Positions 45,701 through 60,440 of a stretch of DNA of 64,000 nt are shown here, one piece after another. The stretch's first letter is position 1. Each line of letters opens with the position of its first letter. The notes under the pieces are model-generated. The model saw only the letters and a program-made list of their open reading frames with translations. It ran no database searches and was not told the DNA's origin. Source of the DNA: Lytechinus pictus (lineage: Eukaryota). The translations under genes were made by a program, and so were the position numbers. The stretch is from positions 31,744,001-31,808,000 of the forward strand of contig NC_087252.1 in the NCBI RefSeq assembly GCF_037042905.1, read 5' to 3'.

Positions 45701-47951
45701 CTGTACAATTCTTCTTTGTGTGTGGTGGTCTCACTATACGCTTGCACTAAGAATTGGACAGACACCATCAAAGATAGGTGGGACCGAAGCGAAGAGGAAT
45801 ATTGCTTTGTCATGCATTCGTAACTGGGAGAATTCCTCTCGAAATTCTGCTTCCAATTCGTTGTATTGAATTTCATAATCAACTTAATACATTCATTACA
45901 TATTTAGTACTGTAAAATAAAGCTACATACCTTTTTAGGAGTGACAGCAATGCCAATTTCTTCCATAATTCAGCGATGAGTTTCCTCAATAGAAAGTCAA
46001 AAATCAAGAAAGGCAGAAATTAAATAATTTTCGTTGTAAGATGGCGCTATTTACCTAAACGAAAAAATGAGCTTGAGAATACTTTACGAGAAAATGTTAT
46101 GCGTACACATTTTAGTCACAAAGTCACAAACACCCGGCACAAACAACATTTAATTTTCTATTACATTATTGTGATTTTCATTACTTTCACACTTGTGTAT
46201 GACCTTCGTCTTTCGTATACACTACTAACGTTAAAAGTAATCAAAATTCAAATGCAGCATTGAAAATCAAAGGATTCTTGTCAAAATGATAAGTAGGGCC
46301 TATATCTCGTACATTTTTTTAAAATGGATCTATTCAATCTATAATTACACAAATCTTATTAATTTTTCCTTTGTAAGTCAATTTTAAAGTAATTGCTCTT
46401 CAAGTGTAGACATGCCCATATAGTCCTAAGAACGATTTTAATTCAAAACTAAGAAGGGTATTAAGTGCATGGTGCATACTTTTTTTTTCTTTATCCTATA
46501 TATTTTTTTTCTCTATCCTATATTTGTCAGTAAAATGTTACAAAAATATGGCTAAAAATCACTTATTGATTCTTGTTAGACCTTTACTCTGGTATGAAAA
46601 CAAATTTATTGGATTTAGTGGCAAGAATTTCACAGTTCAGGATAATAGAGTGGAAAATTCATTTTAAAAATAAAGATTACGTTCTCAGTGTTTGAAAATA
46701 CATATCTGCATCCTTAATTTCTCCATGCCTGGCTGGGAAAGTTCAATCTAACGATGGTTGGTCTTAATAAAAGTAGGAAAAAAAATAAATAAGAATATAG
46801 GCCTATTGGTCAAGATTTGATGAATATCCATGGATTTATCAAGTTTTTCCTCTGTTGACGTCACATGCGAGCAGGTATATCATGTAATATGATAATTCTG
46901 AATAATTTTATTTTTTTAATGGGACATGATGAAATATTTTTAATACAAGGGGTATAAAATAAATAAAATAAATGAGAATTCTTAAAAAAACAAAAATGCA
47001 TACACTGTTCATCTTTGACGCCATAAAATCAAAACTTTAAAACTAGCTCTCTCACCCTCAATCGATTGTTCTCCCCGGCCCACTCCCTCTCCTCCTCCGT
47101 CTAAGCTAGAGCTCCGACCTGGACCCGCTAATTCTTCCTCCTCATATCCTGCTCTCTCCCTCAGTATTATTTCCCATACCATCATTCACTCCCTCCCCAT
47201 TCTTTCCTCATCTGTCCCTCTCTCTCTCCCATCACCCTCTCCAAGCTCTTTCTCATCTCTCATTCCCTCACATCTTTCCTCCCTCCCTCATTTTCGCCTC
47301 TTTCTACATCTTTTCTCCCATCTCCCTCTATACTCCTGCCCCACCCCATCCACCTCTTTCTCATCTCTCGATCACTTCATCAATCTCTCATTTTTGCTTC
47401 ATTATCCATCTATATCTACACGTACGTCTATCTACTTCCAGTTTTCTTCCTTTCTCTCACTTCTCCTCCTGATCTCCCTCTCTCTCTCATCTCTTCCCCT
47501 CCCTCCCATTCTCTCTCTCATCTCTTCCCCTCCCTCCCATTCTCATCTCTTCTCCTTCCTCCCCTTCTTTCTCTCTCTAATCAGTAACTGGTGTGTTGGC
47601 TCAGTTGCTAGAGCATCCGTCTCACAACTGGGAGGTGAAACCCCGGGCGTGTCGGACCAAAAGCTTCATCGATCTGGCGCTGAACAGTGGCTGCCGGGCC
47701 CACAATCAATTGGGCAAAAAGAATTTTCGAAGTATTTCCATTTTCAGACTTGCATTTTGAACAACAAAATATGGATTTTTTTTTCATTTTATCTATTGTT
47801 GTCCCCCTTCTCTGCAATTTATCACTCACTCTTTCTCCCACTCTCATTCTCTCTGCTCCTCTCTCTCGTATCTCACCATCTCCATCTGTGAACAAGATAA
47901 AATTGTCATGGAAACCCACTACACTCTTCTTCTTTGCCAAGGAAACCTTAA

Positions 47952-48546
47952 AGGACAAGTCCACACAATAAAAAGTTAATTTGAATAAAAAGAGAAAAAC
48001 CTAACCAACATAACACTGAAAATTTCATCAAAATCTGATCTAATATAAGAAAGTCATGACAATTTTAATTTTCGCTTAATTTCACAAAACAGTTATATGC
48101 ACAACCCGGTCAGTATGCAAATGATGGAACTGATGACATCACTCACTAACTATTTCTTTTGTATTTTATTATATGAAATATTCTAATTTTCTCCTCATTA
48201 ACCTGTGAAACAAAGTTTTATTTATTTCTCCCTGAACTTGTGGAATTATCATTGTTTAACATTTTATGGTTCAGTCAAGTTGGTCCTTATTATAAAATCT
48301 GTAAAAATATATATATTTTATAATTCAAACAATAAAAAACAAAAGAAATAGTGAGGGACATCATCGATTCTCTCTTTTGTGTGTGACTAAATTGTGCATA
48401 TAACTTTCTTGTGAAAAATAAGCAAAACTTTAAAATGTCATAACTTTCTTATTTTACATCTGATTTTGATGAAATTTTCAGTGTTATGCTTGTTTGACTT
48501 TTCTCTATTTATTTTAATCAACATTTTTCTGGGGTGGACTTGATTT
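47952..48546. mobile_element. Palindromic TTAA MITE (same family as 16106)
   Basis: TTAA|AGGACAAGTCCAC ... GTGGACTTGATTT|TTAA. Confidence 0.78.
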
Positions 48547-49160
48547 TTAAGAAGTTACAAGAAAGATAAAATCAACATTCACGTACGGTGACACGACATT
48601 TACTCCAGCGACAATTGCTCCAGGCTTTATTCTGTCTATGATATAGGGTTAGGATTAGGGTTGGAATAGGGTTTTATGTTAGGTTTAGGATGGGTATAGT
48701 GTTAAATCAAGGGTTGAAGTTGGTCATTCTGGTAGTGTGTGGAATTTGCTGCCGTAGCAATTGTCCTGGAACCTTCACATACATACATTGAAAACCTACT
48801 AATTGTATTACATACATGTAGAAATTTTTATTCAAGAGGACATAAATGTACATCTAAACTGATCACGAGACTATCTTAAATATGAAAACATATTACAATG
48901 ATATCTTCTAAAAAGCTCAATGATATCAATCTACTCAGTGAATGAATACATTTCATTGTAATTTTCTTAAATTAGCATTTAGCATTAAACTAACCCTTAA
49001 TAGGACAAGGATCAGTGAAGCAAATGCATCAGCACCAATGATATTACAATCCTTCTAATTAGCAAATTCAAATTTGCTTTGAATACACATTACAGGACAC
49101 TTAAGAAAAGGTTTTTTATTACACAGTCACATAAATTTACCTGTTTTGGGTAAGCTTTTG

Positions 49161-49557
49161 CCCCGGCGGGGCCAGTCAAATGTATTGCTGTGCACACGCG
49201 TGGCCAAATTATTTCCATACACCCCCTAAACGAGTTTTTCTCTGTGTGCAAAATAACCCCCTAAACAAGTTTTTCGCAGGCTTTATTTACACATTTTTGC
49301 CCCTAAACAAGTTGTCGCCAGAATATGACCCCGGGGGAAAAGCTTGGGGGGAAAAAAACATACCCTAAATACGTTTGACCCTGCGACTGACCATTGACCA
49401 GTCTTTCAAAACTACCCTTTTTTGAAAATATGTGTTTTTGATACCCTTAACGAGTGCGCGCGTGGCCCGCGTTGAAAACTGAAAAAACACTCCTTTAAAC
49501 GTGTTTTATTGGTCACGCGTGTGTACTGCAATATATTTGACTGCCCCCCCCCCTGGG
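49161..49557. mobile_element. MITE with ~45-bp TIRs (CCC..GGG termini)
   Basis: CAGTCAAATGTATTGCTGTGCACACGCGTGGCCAA pairs with TTGGTCACGCGTGTGTACTGCAATATATTTGACTG. Confidence 0.7.
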
Positions 49558-51184
49558 CTTTTGCTTGCAAGGCTGCAAGCTTCATCAGACCTTTGTCTGA
49601 CGGAAAAAAAAACAGGTATGTGACTGACTTTAAAATCCAGAACGTTTTCTCATGTCTACACACCAATCAGATGAACCTTTTTAGTATTAAATACAGGATA
49701 CTGTTTTGTAATAAATAGAGCTGTCATTTGCACAATTACTGCAGTCCGATGAAAATAGGGTAAGATTAAAAATACATATTTTAATAAAAAATGCAATTTA
49801 ACAGATGTCAGAATCATTTAAAAACAAATGGAATATTAATCTGCCTAAAAAAATTCAAGCAAGATGGGCTCATAGCAAGGATATTTTTCATCATAAAACA
49901 ACACAATGACAAAGTACATAATGCTTTTTCAATATGATACTATAAAAGAAATACGTTGCATTATCGATCCAGCCACTGAAAAAAATGATGAGTTTTACAT
50001 GTAAATTTGGCACATGAAATATTTGGATCTAAATATGTGGCAAGAAAAGCAATCTATAAACTTTGATACAGTAAAACGTCTTTTTGAAGAAAATGAAATG
50101 ACAATACAGGAGGAAGGGGGGGGGGGGGGAACTCTCCCATTATTTTCTTTGATTCACATTTGTAAACATTGATAATACCAGTAGCTATAACAAAGATCCT
50201 TTCATAACTAACAGCTTGTGCTGATGTGCTTTACAGAATCCATACACATGGTGAAATAGATCATTACATAATAGAAACACCAAAATATAATAGAGGACCA
50301 AATGTATTTAGCCCTATGGTGTTCTGGAAATTACATCAACTAATTCAAATTGGGTGGCTAAAATAGTAAATTTTTGTCTTATAACAATTTCATGAAAAGA
50401 TTTCAATCTGTATTTTCTATTATCAATTTTTTTTTTGGTTCAGGCTCCACGAGTTGTTTAAATGAATTTGCATTACGAGGCTGCTCAAAGCATTAGTTAA
50501 ATTCTCAATTAACATGATTTCTTAAATTGCAAACTGTATACCATACAGATAAATACATAGCATGTAAAAAAAATAAATCTTTCTTGTACTTTTAAAATTG
50601 CATTTTTTACAATTTATATCAATACACAAGGAGGAAGCACTACCTATTCAAAAATACAAATTGATTTGGGAGGGGCAACAAATGACAGATATTCGAATTT
50701 ACGGATAAATCATGGATTTGCACATTTGTAAACAGAGATGCTGAATTGATGTGACTACAAATATCATACACTAGATACTAGAAGTTTGATTATTATCATT
50801 TACAATAATTAGAATGTATGAATGGCAAGGTTGTCTAGGATCTGTCAAACCTGGGTCGCGTATTACAAAGGGTTACGATTGATCCAATCAATCTCAACTC
50901 TATGGAAATCCAAATGTCATAACTTTTCCAACATCGAATTTGCGCACTGTTATTTATAAACAAAGAGAAGCACACAGAATTTTTCAAGTAAACAATGATT
51001 GATGAAAATACATCAGAGTTAGAAAATATTTTGAACATTCATAATAGATGTTGACGTTGCTGCCTTTCCATAGATGTGATTGACCGGATAACTCGCAACC
51101 CTCTGTAAGACGCAGCCCTGGGTTATGTTGCAGAAAGAGTTGCATTTGAATTTCTCTGACAATACCACTCAAAGGAGGAGCTAT

Positions 51185-54100
51185 TCAATTCTCCTGCTCT
51201 TCCTGGGCTGAGGCCAATCCAGGAATATCTTCTCCTTGTGCTCTATGTTTAAATATATGAGTCACGTAGTGTTGGTTCAATGAAAACTTCTTACCGCACA
51301 CTTCACATTCATACTTCTTCTCCTCGGCGTGTACACTCTGCATGTGGACCTCAAGAACATACTTCACTCCGAACCCCTTGCCACATATCATACAGACAAA
51401 CGGTCGGATACCCTTATGACGTAGCTCGTGCTTCTGGAGCGGACCTTTGTCCGTGAAGCCTTTGTTGCAGAAGGAGCAGAAGAAGCGCAGCTCTCTCGTC
51501 TGATGCATCCTGCGTTTATGAGCACACACCCACTTGCGGATCCGGAATCCCTTTCCGCAAATCTCGCATTTGAACGGTTTGAGGCCTGTGTGTTCCCCTT
51601 GATGGTTGGCGAGGGCACTATCTGATGCAAAGGCACGCGGACAGAGTGAACAGCGGTAGAGACGGTTCTGCTCGTGACTCTGGTAGTGTTGAAAGAAATT
51701 GCTCTCTTTCACGAAGACACGAGGGCACAGGTTACACTTATAAGTTCCTTTGTTTTCATGGACTTCCCTCTCATGCTCCAAGACTGCGGTCTTGGACCTG
51801 TATCGCCGTGGACAATGCCTACACTTGAAAGGTCTAGGTCTATTGTAGTATGTTACTGTCTTTCCCAGCATATCTTTAGGTTCTTCAGGAGTTGGTTTAG
51901 CCTTTGGAACTCTCTTTCTTGGAGCAGCCTTTGTACCTGGATTACTGTCATTGGTAACCTTAGTCTCTCCCGGAACCTCGGCTGGCAAACCAGGATTGGG
52001 CTCTGTCTTTGGAGTTTTCCTGTATTTCTTCTTCTTCCATACAGTATCTGCATCTTTGTTGTATTCCTTGTGGGTTTGTTCGTCTTTCAAACTCCCCTTC
52101 TCCTGCTTCCGACCCAGGACATGGGCCTCCCGGTTGTGACGGAGCAAGCTGTTTCTGCACTTGTACGACTTGTCACACTTGCGGCACTTATGGACGACCG
52201 TCTCGTGCTTGGCCATATGTTTGGTGAGAGCCCTGGAGTTGCGTTGCTTCTCTCCGCAGATGATGCACGTGTGCTCTTCACTGAATTCATGAAACATGGA
52301 ATGAGCTTCAAGACGGCCTTCCGTAGGAAACTTCTTGCCACAGATCGTACAGATGAACTGACCTGGGGAATAAACCTGTGACGATCCCTCTGTGGGTTCC
52401 GTCTCAATATCCTTAAATCCTGAAGAAGGTAACTCCTCTGACTTTGTGCATTCTGTCTTACATTTGACCTTCCATGTAATCACGGGTCGTAGGTCATCAC
52501 TAGAGTCTTGTTCATGATCAAACTTCATGTGACGGAACATTCGTTTGGCTGTCGGGAATTGGCTCTCACAGGAGTTACACTGAAAATAGTCATCTTCTGC
52601 AACGAAAAAAAAAATAATAATAATGACAGAGTAATGAGTGAAAGATCTCATATTAAGTTATTCATGAGACCTTAAGAGTCTTAGATAATCTATACTTGAT
52701 GTCCTATCCCAGTTCTCGAAAATAAAGTCGCCATGCCCTGACAACTTTGAATGACTCATACCTCATGAGACAATTCACATCTTATCAACATTGTGGCAAA
52801 CTCCTTCATAAGACAAGATAATCATATTAACATATAAAACAGGTTGGGAATGGAGGAGGCTGCTAAAATAGTAGAGCTTGTAGGGTGCAGCCTCCTAATA
52901 CTACAATTGAGAGTATCTCTAGCATGACCCTAAATAAATTCAGTTAATTGCTACAATAAAATTGGTATAAGAATGCCACAATAATGACAATAACTTAGCT
53001 GTGATGATGATAACTTTAATAGGTGCTTTCATTGTTTTTTAGACATGAGACAGATATGCTCTTTCTACACTTCAACCCCTTTTAACAATCAACTGCAACT
53101 GTGAACACTTTTCAGTAATTTCAAACAAAGTCATAGAGGAAATGCAACAGCCACAACATGAAAGAATCTGGTCAGATAAATCAGCTCGAAAGTGGAATTA
53201 TATAACAAGAACTTACCTACTTTGACGAGGAAAGCAGGGAACAAAATTTCCTGTTAAAACGTCTCTCATTTACATACGTAGATACCAATATATTGGTATC
53301 TATGGAATTCCCTTCCTTTGGTCTTGAGGAATTCCAATACTACTTCATCTTTTAAAACTAACTTAAAAACCTACTTGTTTAACACTGCATTCTGAAGACA
53401 GGCATTCATTTATCTATTTCAACTTGTATTTTTCTTGTTCTAGTTCACTTGTTTCTTACATTAAATTATAATTCTAGCTCCTCTTTTTCAAGCGCCTTGA
53501 GCATTTCAACAAAGTGGATAATGGCGCTATATAAATCTCATGTATTATTATTATTATTATTATATTATGCATTAAGGTTAACCAACCATAGAGTACCGAA
53601 GCGATGACGTTAGTTGCCATGGTGTCATGGAGGCTTGGTTCTAAACAAATGAACCCGCCGAATGAAAGCGTTTCTCATAGGAGAAAATGGCTGCTGTCGG
53701 AACTTGATCGCTTGCATCCTATTTTTCGCAAATACAAATGTGTACAGACGATTGTCAGCTGCAACTCTGTTTAGAACCAGCTCGCCATGACACCATGGCA
53801 ACTGACGTCACACTTCGGTACTCTTTGTCTGATAAAAGGATCATTTTTTTCTTGGGGGGGGGGGCATGGAAGAAGAAGGCAATTTGTAAACTATAAACAT
53901 AATAATATCCCAACCTGGGTTAATATGCTACTTGCTTCCTTTAGCCTATTAAAGTAGGGCAGAATAGTCCTGGGGGGTGTTTCACAAAGATTTAAGTATG
54001 ACTTAGAGTCATTTAAATACCAAGTTGTGTACGGTATGAAAGGCTTGACCACATTGGTCAGATCGTGTCATAAGGACGCGCACTACTGTGTATCTATCAA

Positions 54101-56956
54101 TAAGATTGCGCGTTGCATATCATGTATGCATCAGCATTTAAGTGCGACTTAAGTCATACTTCAATCTTTGTGAAACACCCCCCTGGTCTCCTAGAGAGTG
54201 TTTCACGAAGCAGATAGACAGCAATTTTCACTGTCTTTCTTATTTGCTCTGAGCCAATCGGATGGAAGGATGTAATGGCCTAGCTAAAACAGCTTTCAGT
54301 TAAAATCACGAACTTATGTTTCATGAAACACTCCCCTGTTCGAACTTTCAAATTTGCTTACCCTCGTGATAATCCAAGTCTTTGAGAGCGCTCTTAAACC
54401 CGATGGACTCTGAATACTCTTTACTGTAGAACACTCTAAGTTCACTTCCTGGTTCAATGCACTTTGTAGTTCTGAAGTAGATTTGTCCGTAGTATTGGCA
54501 TGCTTCTAGGTTCTGTTCTTGTTCGTTACGAGCGCTCTGAACGTAGGACATCCAGATTAGTTGGTCCTTCTTCTTACCATCCATGTAGAGGAAGACTTTA
54601 CCCCCGGTGCAGAGCTAGAGAAAGAGAAAGAAGAAATTTTTTAATAGAACAAAATTATCATCATCTTCTTCTGCCATTAGAGAACATCCCTGCTGTGGAG
54701 TATTGCCGTACTTGTATAGTGGATTATGTACATGTAGTTCATTGAATAACTATTTAGGAGATTATGTAGTTGATTGCAGATGGAGGACTGTTTTTAACAC
54801 AGTGAAGAATTCATTAACTGACTGATTTTAAGGCTTGGTCCCACTGCACCAACGGATGCAGAGAGGATGTATAACGGAAAAGAACCTTGCCATCTGTTTG
54901 ACAACGTTATGTATCCGTCGTGTACTCTTTGCATACGTGTTTCATATGCTCTATATCCGTCATGCATCTATCTACTGTGATTTCATTGTTCGCCCATTTT
55001 TTCCATTGTCTGGAGAGGATGAAAACGGATGGAGCCACCTCAAAACTTTGCATGTCTGCTGTACCTGTTATGACTACGTTTTGCGCCCGTTGGCCAGTGG
55101 GACCAGGCCTTTAGGAAATAATACTGGCACTTCCAGATGACATTTGTTTTTTGTTAGCAAAGAGCTTAGGTGATTTAACTTTTAAAGCAGAGGGACAACA
55201 GCAGGGCACTGTAAAACACAAAGTTGTGCAATCAAGCAATAAATGCCAAGGGCCAATCAAGATATCCGTTACATGTGCATTCTTTTCAAAACACTGACCA
55301 AGAGCCAATCAGAATGCAGGACTGATATTCCCTACCTCCCACGTTGATTCTTTAGTAGACCCTATCTCTTCATCCAGGAAATTGCCATTGTACGGTCCAA
55401 ACTCCATGCCTTCATCGACATTATCTTTGGCCACAACTCCAACTATATTCTCTTTCTCGTTACGAAGATACTTGAAGGCGAGGAACTCTGGAAGCTGACC
55501 GCCCGACCTGGGTTGAACTCTGTCCCTTCTCCGGAGAGGTGGCAAGAGGCTTTTGGGTTGGGGCGTAGGCATGAGGTTAAGATGCTTCGGTTGGAGGATG
55601 GGGTTGGGAGGCTTCGGTGGGACTACACCCTTGTCTTTCATGAGAGTCTTTGACGAGGTGTCCTGGTGTTGTCTGGGAGTGGACAACTCCAAGGGTTCGT
55701 TCAAGGTAGCATCGAGGGAGTCTCGGGAAGTCTCCGGTCTCTCGATACCAGGGTCGACATGCTGTGCGACGGTCGCATCGACGGCAAGGTTAGGGCCGGC
55801 TAGGTGAGTTGTGCTGGGAGGAATGAAGTGGGGCCGAGTTGTTGGTTGCAGGCGGTTGAGTTGCTGTTGGTGATGATGGTGTTGCGGGTGTTGAGGATGC
55901 TGGTTGTTGGATGATGCGAAGTGGTTGGTTGATTGCAGGAGAATGTTAGGGCTTGGTAGTACTGACCCTGAACCTAAGAAACAAAAGGAGAATGATACAG
56001 AAAGAGCAAAGGATAAATAGATAGTGAGAGTGAGAGAGCGAGAGAGAGCAGAAACACATGAGAGAAAGAGAGCATTTAAAACACTGGTCAATCACACAAA
56101 AGTGTTAGCACTTTCCTCTGCGTTAGACAGCGCTAATGGGAAAGAGAATACAAAATGAGGGCTGACAGGAATAAAGCATAATTTACATTCATTATCTCAT
56201 TAAGTGTTATCATCATCATGATCATCATCAACATCATAGTCATCATCTCTTTTATCATGATCAAAACCAAAATCATTGGGATATGGATATGGATCGCCAT
56301 CATTGCCACTACCAACAACAGGGCTTTAATTAACCCAAGGAAAGCCGAGGCCTCCGATGCCCTAAGAATGGCCTTGATGCTCTTCCTAATATTTGTACAC
56401 CTAGGCCAAAATATGTGCCCTTTTAGCAAGAGGCCTTGCTGACCTGTGGTAATCCAGTGCAAGTGAAACATTGAGAAGTACATTTTACTATTGATGCCCC
56501 TTCTTAACAGCCTTGGATGCCTCTAAAGTGAGTACCACCTTCCCTATCCTTTAAGTTCCCTATTAAAATTTGGTCATGCCCTTCTTAATTTGAGCCCTGC
56601 ACCATAATCGTTGGTACCATAACAGGCGGAAATAAACATATCATCAATTCACTGTCATTATTATTTTTTATTTTGGGGAATCTACAGTAGTCATGAATCA
56701 ACTTGAATTGAAGATACTAACCTGAGTATATGGATCTAAGCATGGAAGGGTTGGCATGGCTACCAGAGAACTCTTCCCTGTTCCTCTGAATATCCGACTG
56801 CTCCAAGACAATTGCTGGTTGCTGCAGCGAAGAGACAAGGTTCGAGTGATAGGGCAGCTGGTGCGTGAAGTGCGGCATCTGATGCTGTCTTGTATCATCT
56901 CGCTCTCCTCCAGTGAAGTATCCCTCGCGACAACTCTCTCTGTAGTTAGGATCCAT
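51185..56956 (-). CDS. PRDM-family PR/SET domain C2H2 zinc-finger protein (~845 aa). Coding exons 56722-56956, 55336-55973, 54362-54614, 51185-52596
   Basis: PR/SET motifs GMEFGPYNG, WMSYVQSARNEQEQNL and GQIYFRTTKCIEPGSELRVFY, followed by 11 C2H2 fingers (4+7). All GT-AG junctions are phase-consistent. Confidence 0.9.
53971..54183. mobile_element. Palindromic MITE, CTG TSD (Harbinger-like)
   Basis: GGGGGTGTTTCACAAAGATT ... AATCTTTGTGAAACACCCCC. Confidence 0.7.
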
Positions 56957-57095
56957 TTCTCTTCCCTCACCTCAACATGTACACCAAGCTCTGAAATGAA
57001 TGAATGAATACAAAAATAAATATTAATAAATAAATAAATAAATACATGAAAAATAAGTAAAATAGATAGAGGCCTACACCCTCTATGTAACTTAC

Positions 57096-57689
57096 AGGAC
57101 AAGTCCACCCCAATAAAAAGTTGATTGGAATAAAAAGAGAAAAATCCAACAAGCCTAACACTGAAAATTTCATCAAAATCGGATGTAAAATAAGAAAGTT
57201 ATGACATTTTAAAGTTTTGCTTAATTTCACAAAACAGTTATATGCACATCCTGGCTGGTATGCAAATGAGGAGACTGATGACATCATCCACTCACTATTT
57301 CTTTTGTATTTTATTATATGAAATATGAATTATGCTAATTTTCTCCTCATTGTCAAGGGAAACAATGATTAATTCTTCCCTGAACATGTGGAATTTGGAT
57401 GGTTAAATACTATATGGTTCAGTCAAGTTGGTCCTTATTGTCGAATATGTAAAAAATTGTATTTATTATTAAAACAATAAAAAACAAAAGAAATAGTGAG
57501 TGATGGACATCATCGACTGACCCATTTGCATGTCACTGAGTTGTGCATATCACTGTTTTGTGAAAAATAGGCGAAACTTCAAAATGCCATAACTTTTTTA
57601 TTTTACATCCGATTTTGATGAAATTTTCATGTTTGTTTGATTTTTCTCTATTTATTCAAATCAACATTTTTCTGGGGTGGACTTGACCT
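57096..57689. mobile_element. Palindromic TTAA MITE (same family as 16106)
   Basis: AGGACAAGTCCACCCC ... GGGGTGGACTTGACCT|TTAA. Confidence 0.8.
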
Positions 57690-57882
57690 TTAAATAGATC
57701 AAAAAAATAGATAAATAAATATAAATAAACAAATGAATAAATAAATAAAATGCTTTTCAAAAAAGATACAGAAGGCGCAACAGGTATATAAGTATCATAT
57801 ACAAACAGATCTATAGCTATAGGCAGCCGGCAGCTTCAGTATATACAGACTCAATGATAAGCCACCCACCCCTCTCTCTCCT

Positions 57883-58611
57883 TAGTCTTGAGGACTCCAT
57901 GATGATGTTTTTGACATATATACTTCTTCATCATGGAGTCTTGACACTCTTTCCATAGACGCAAAAGAGACTGACCAAAACAAAGATGGATTTCCCTAGG
58001 AAATCCATCTTTTAAGATAAAAATCATGTAAATGGTGGTGATATTTATTCATTTTTACACCTTCTTACGCCTAATGCGTAAGAAGGTTTCAAAAATTGGT
58101 TAATAAAAATGTTTCTTACCAGACTGATCTCGTGTATTATTATAATTATTATTATTATAATAATAATTTATAATCACGTATTAAATTTTAGTATTTGTTA
58201 AATAATAATTTTTATCTATAAATTATTCTTCAAAACGGCATTTTGTAACATCGTTAATCGTAGCTACGTCATAACGAAGCGGTTCAAGGGTCAGACCTAT
58301 TGTATTTGCTTTGTTGACAAACGGATCGAGGGATCTTCATGAGATCAGTATGGTAAGAAACCTTCAATTTTTAACATTTTTATTAACCAATTTTTGAAAC
58401 CTTCATACGCATTAGGCGTAGGAAGGTGTAAAAATAAATAAAATCACCACCATTTACGTGATTTTTATCTTAAAAGATGGATTTCCTAGGGAAATCCATC
58501 TTTGTTTTGGTCAGTCTCTTATGCGTCTATAGGAAAAGTGTCAAGACTCCATGATGAAGAAGTATATATGTCAATATATTTTTTAAAAACATCATGGAGG
58601 GCTCAAGACTA
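57883..58611. mobile_element. MITE with ~230-bp TIRs and TAG..CTA termini
   Basis: TAGTCTTGAG...TCCATGATG pairs with CATCATGGA...CTCAAGACTA; arms are near-perfect over more than 200 bp. Confidence 0.8.
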
Positions 58612-60310
58612 CTATCTCTTCTTCTTTGCTTTGTCGCCTTCATTGTCCTCTTTTTAATATTATTTGTCTTCTTTTTTGTTGTCTTATCTTCATTGTTAAT
58701 GTCTCCTTAGCTTACTTGTCTTCTTCATATTCTTCATCTTTCTCTTAAATTTTAATTTATTTTTACTCAAAGTCAAACCAGACTAAAACCAACAGTTACA
58801 CTACAAAACAAGCTACATAACAATGGATAGATCTATCATCTAAATTTACTAAAAATTCAATTTTATCATGTATTTTTTTTTTTTTTAATCTTACTTCAAT
58901 TTATATTTTTCTTCCATGAAAACATAAAATAATAGTCTACTTGTTTTACACTACAGTTTGATTACTACCCTAGGCTAGGGGAATAGGTACAGAGAAAAAC
59001 AGTCTAACTAAGTCTGAGTGTTACTGTTAGTATACAAATATACAATGACACTCGAGGATCTGGCTAAAACTATTCGCATCGAAGGAACATCATATAATAC
59101 TATTCTCCCGAGGGCCATTGGCCCGAGGGAGAATAGTACTATGTGATGTTCCTGAGTGCAAATAGTTTTAGCCAGTTCCGAGAATGGGTCATTGTATATT
59201 TGTTTTATGTCCCTTCCACTCATATGTATTCTTCATACGATATTCTTCGTTGATACCAGACTTTTACAGCAAAACGATTTTTAATAAGTCGATGATGGAA
59301 CAATCGTTGAGAAGTTGAGAAAACAATAAGCCTTGCCGTATTGATCGTCTGTTCAGCGAGCGCACCTGGTTTAATGGTTAGTGCAGCTCGCCGAAAGTTT
59401 CCCGTGGCATGCAGTAGAGAGTACCGTTGGGCTGAGCAGCGCTCTGCTCGCATCGCGCCGCACAGTTCGCGAATCGAGTAGGGGGCGGGGTCAAAAAACG
59501 TATAGTTCACTTTTTCCCTAGGGAAAAAATGGACTATGCATGACGTCAGCAAGGAAAATGAACTAGGCCCTAGGCCTATTTCAATTTCATGAATCATGGC
59601 AAACGTTTTTCGTAGTAAAACTATTCTTTTTCTCCTTGTGTACACTCTCAATACAACAATCTTAAGTAAGGGATATAATACTTGTTAGATCGTATGGCCG
59701 CTAATGCCATAGCATATAGCATAGCCTATTTATGGCTATGCTAGCCTATGGCAAAGGCAAGCCAATGCAATTGCAAGTTTGTCACACAATTCACAAACAC
59801 AATTTTACACATGTGGGAACATTCAAATCCAATCTGACTGCGCCCAACTCAATTTCTGCAATTTAAAATAGCCTTGCAGAGGATTTCAACTCACAAAAAT
59901 GATCACAATGATACTAATGTCTATTTCTGCAGAGATTCTTGAAATTACGTCCATTTTTAGCAACAAATATTGTATAAACTTAACTATTTCTCTTCACTTG
60001 ACAGTGTCCTTTCTCTCTCGGTTAAGCAGCTTGCACTGCGCATGCGTTGCTACAGAAAAAAGGACACTGTTCAGTGTTGGGTCAGCATTTTTTCTTTGTT
60101 TTGGACATCTCACGCAAATCAAAGAAGAGATAAGGTAACGTACGTGAAAATTTCAGTCATTTGTTATCCAATGAAAAAAAATAAAATAAGCTTGATTGCC
60201 TGCGAACTTGAGAACGGAGCGAAATGAGCTTGTTGTGTGTTGTGATTGTGACTGAGTGAGCCCTCAACTCAAGGCTCAATGCATGCGCGACTCCTCTCCC
60301 CGACGCCTAC

Positions 60311-60440
60311 CTGTGCCTGTGGTGGGATCGCACTGACTGGGCAGGCCGAGGGCCGCCGCGCCGCTGCTGGATCGAAACTTGATTAGCCTTGAAGGCTTGA
60401 GCAAGTTGAGGACTCCGTGGTGATATTTGTAAATATTTTT
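60311..60440 (-). other. Candidate 5' UTR exon of the PRDM gene
   Basis: GC/CpG-rich patch ending in CAG|GTAGGC. The exon containing the start codon has its own acceptor at 56991-56992, so an upstream exon is required. Confidence 0.4.

Noticed and set aside
51185-56956. Calling the gene PRDM9
   Set aside because: No KRAB or SSXRD domain is visible and the fingers are not a homogeneous tandem array, so orthology is unsupported.
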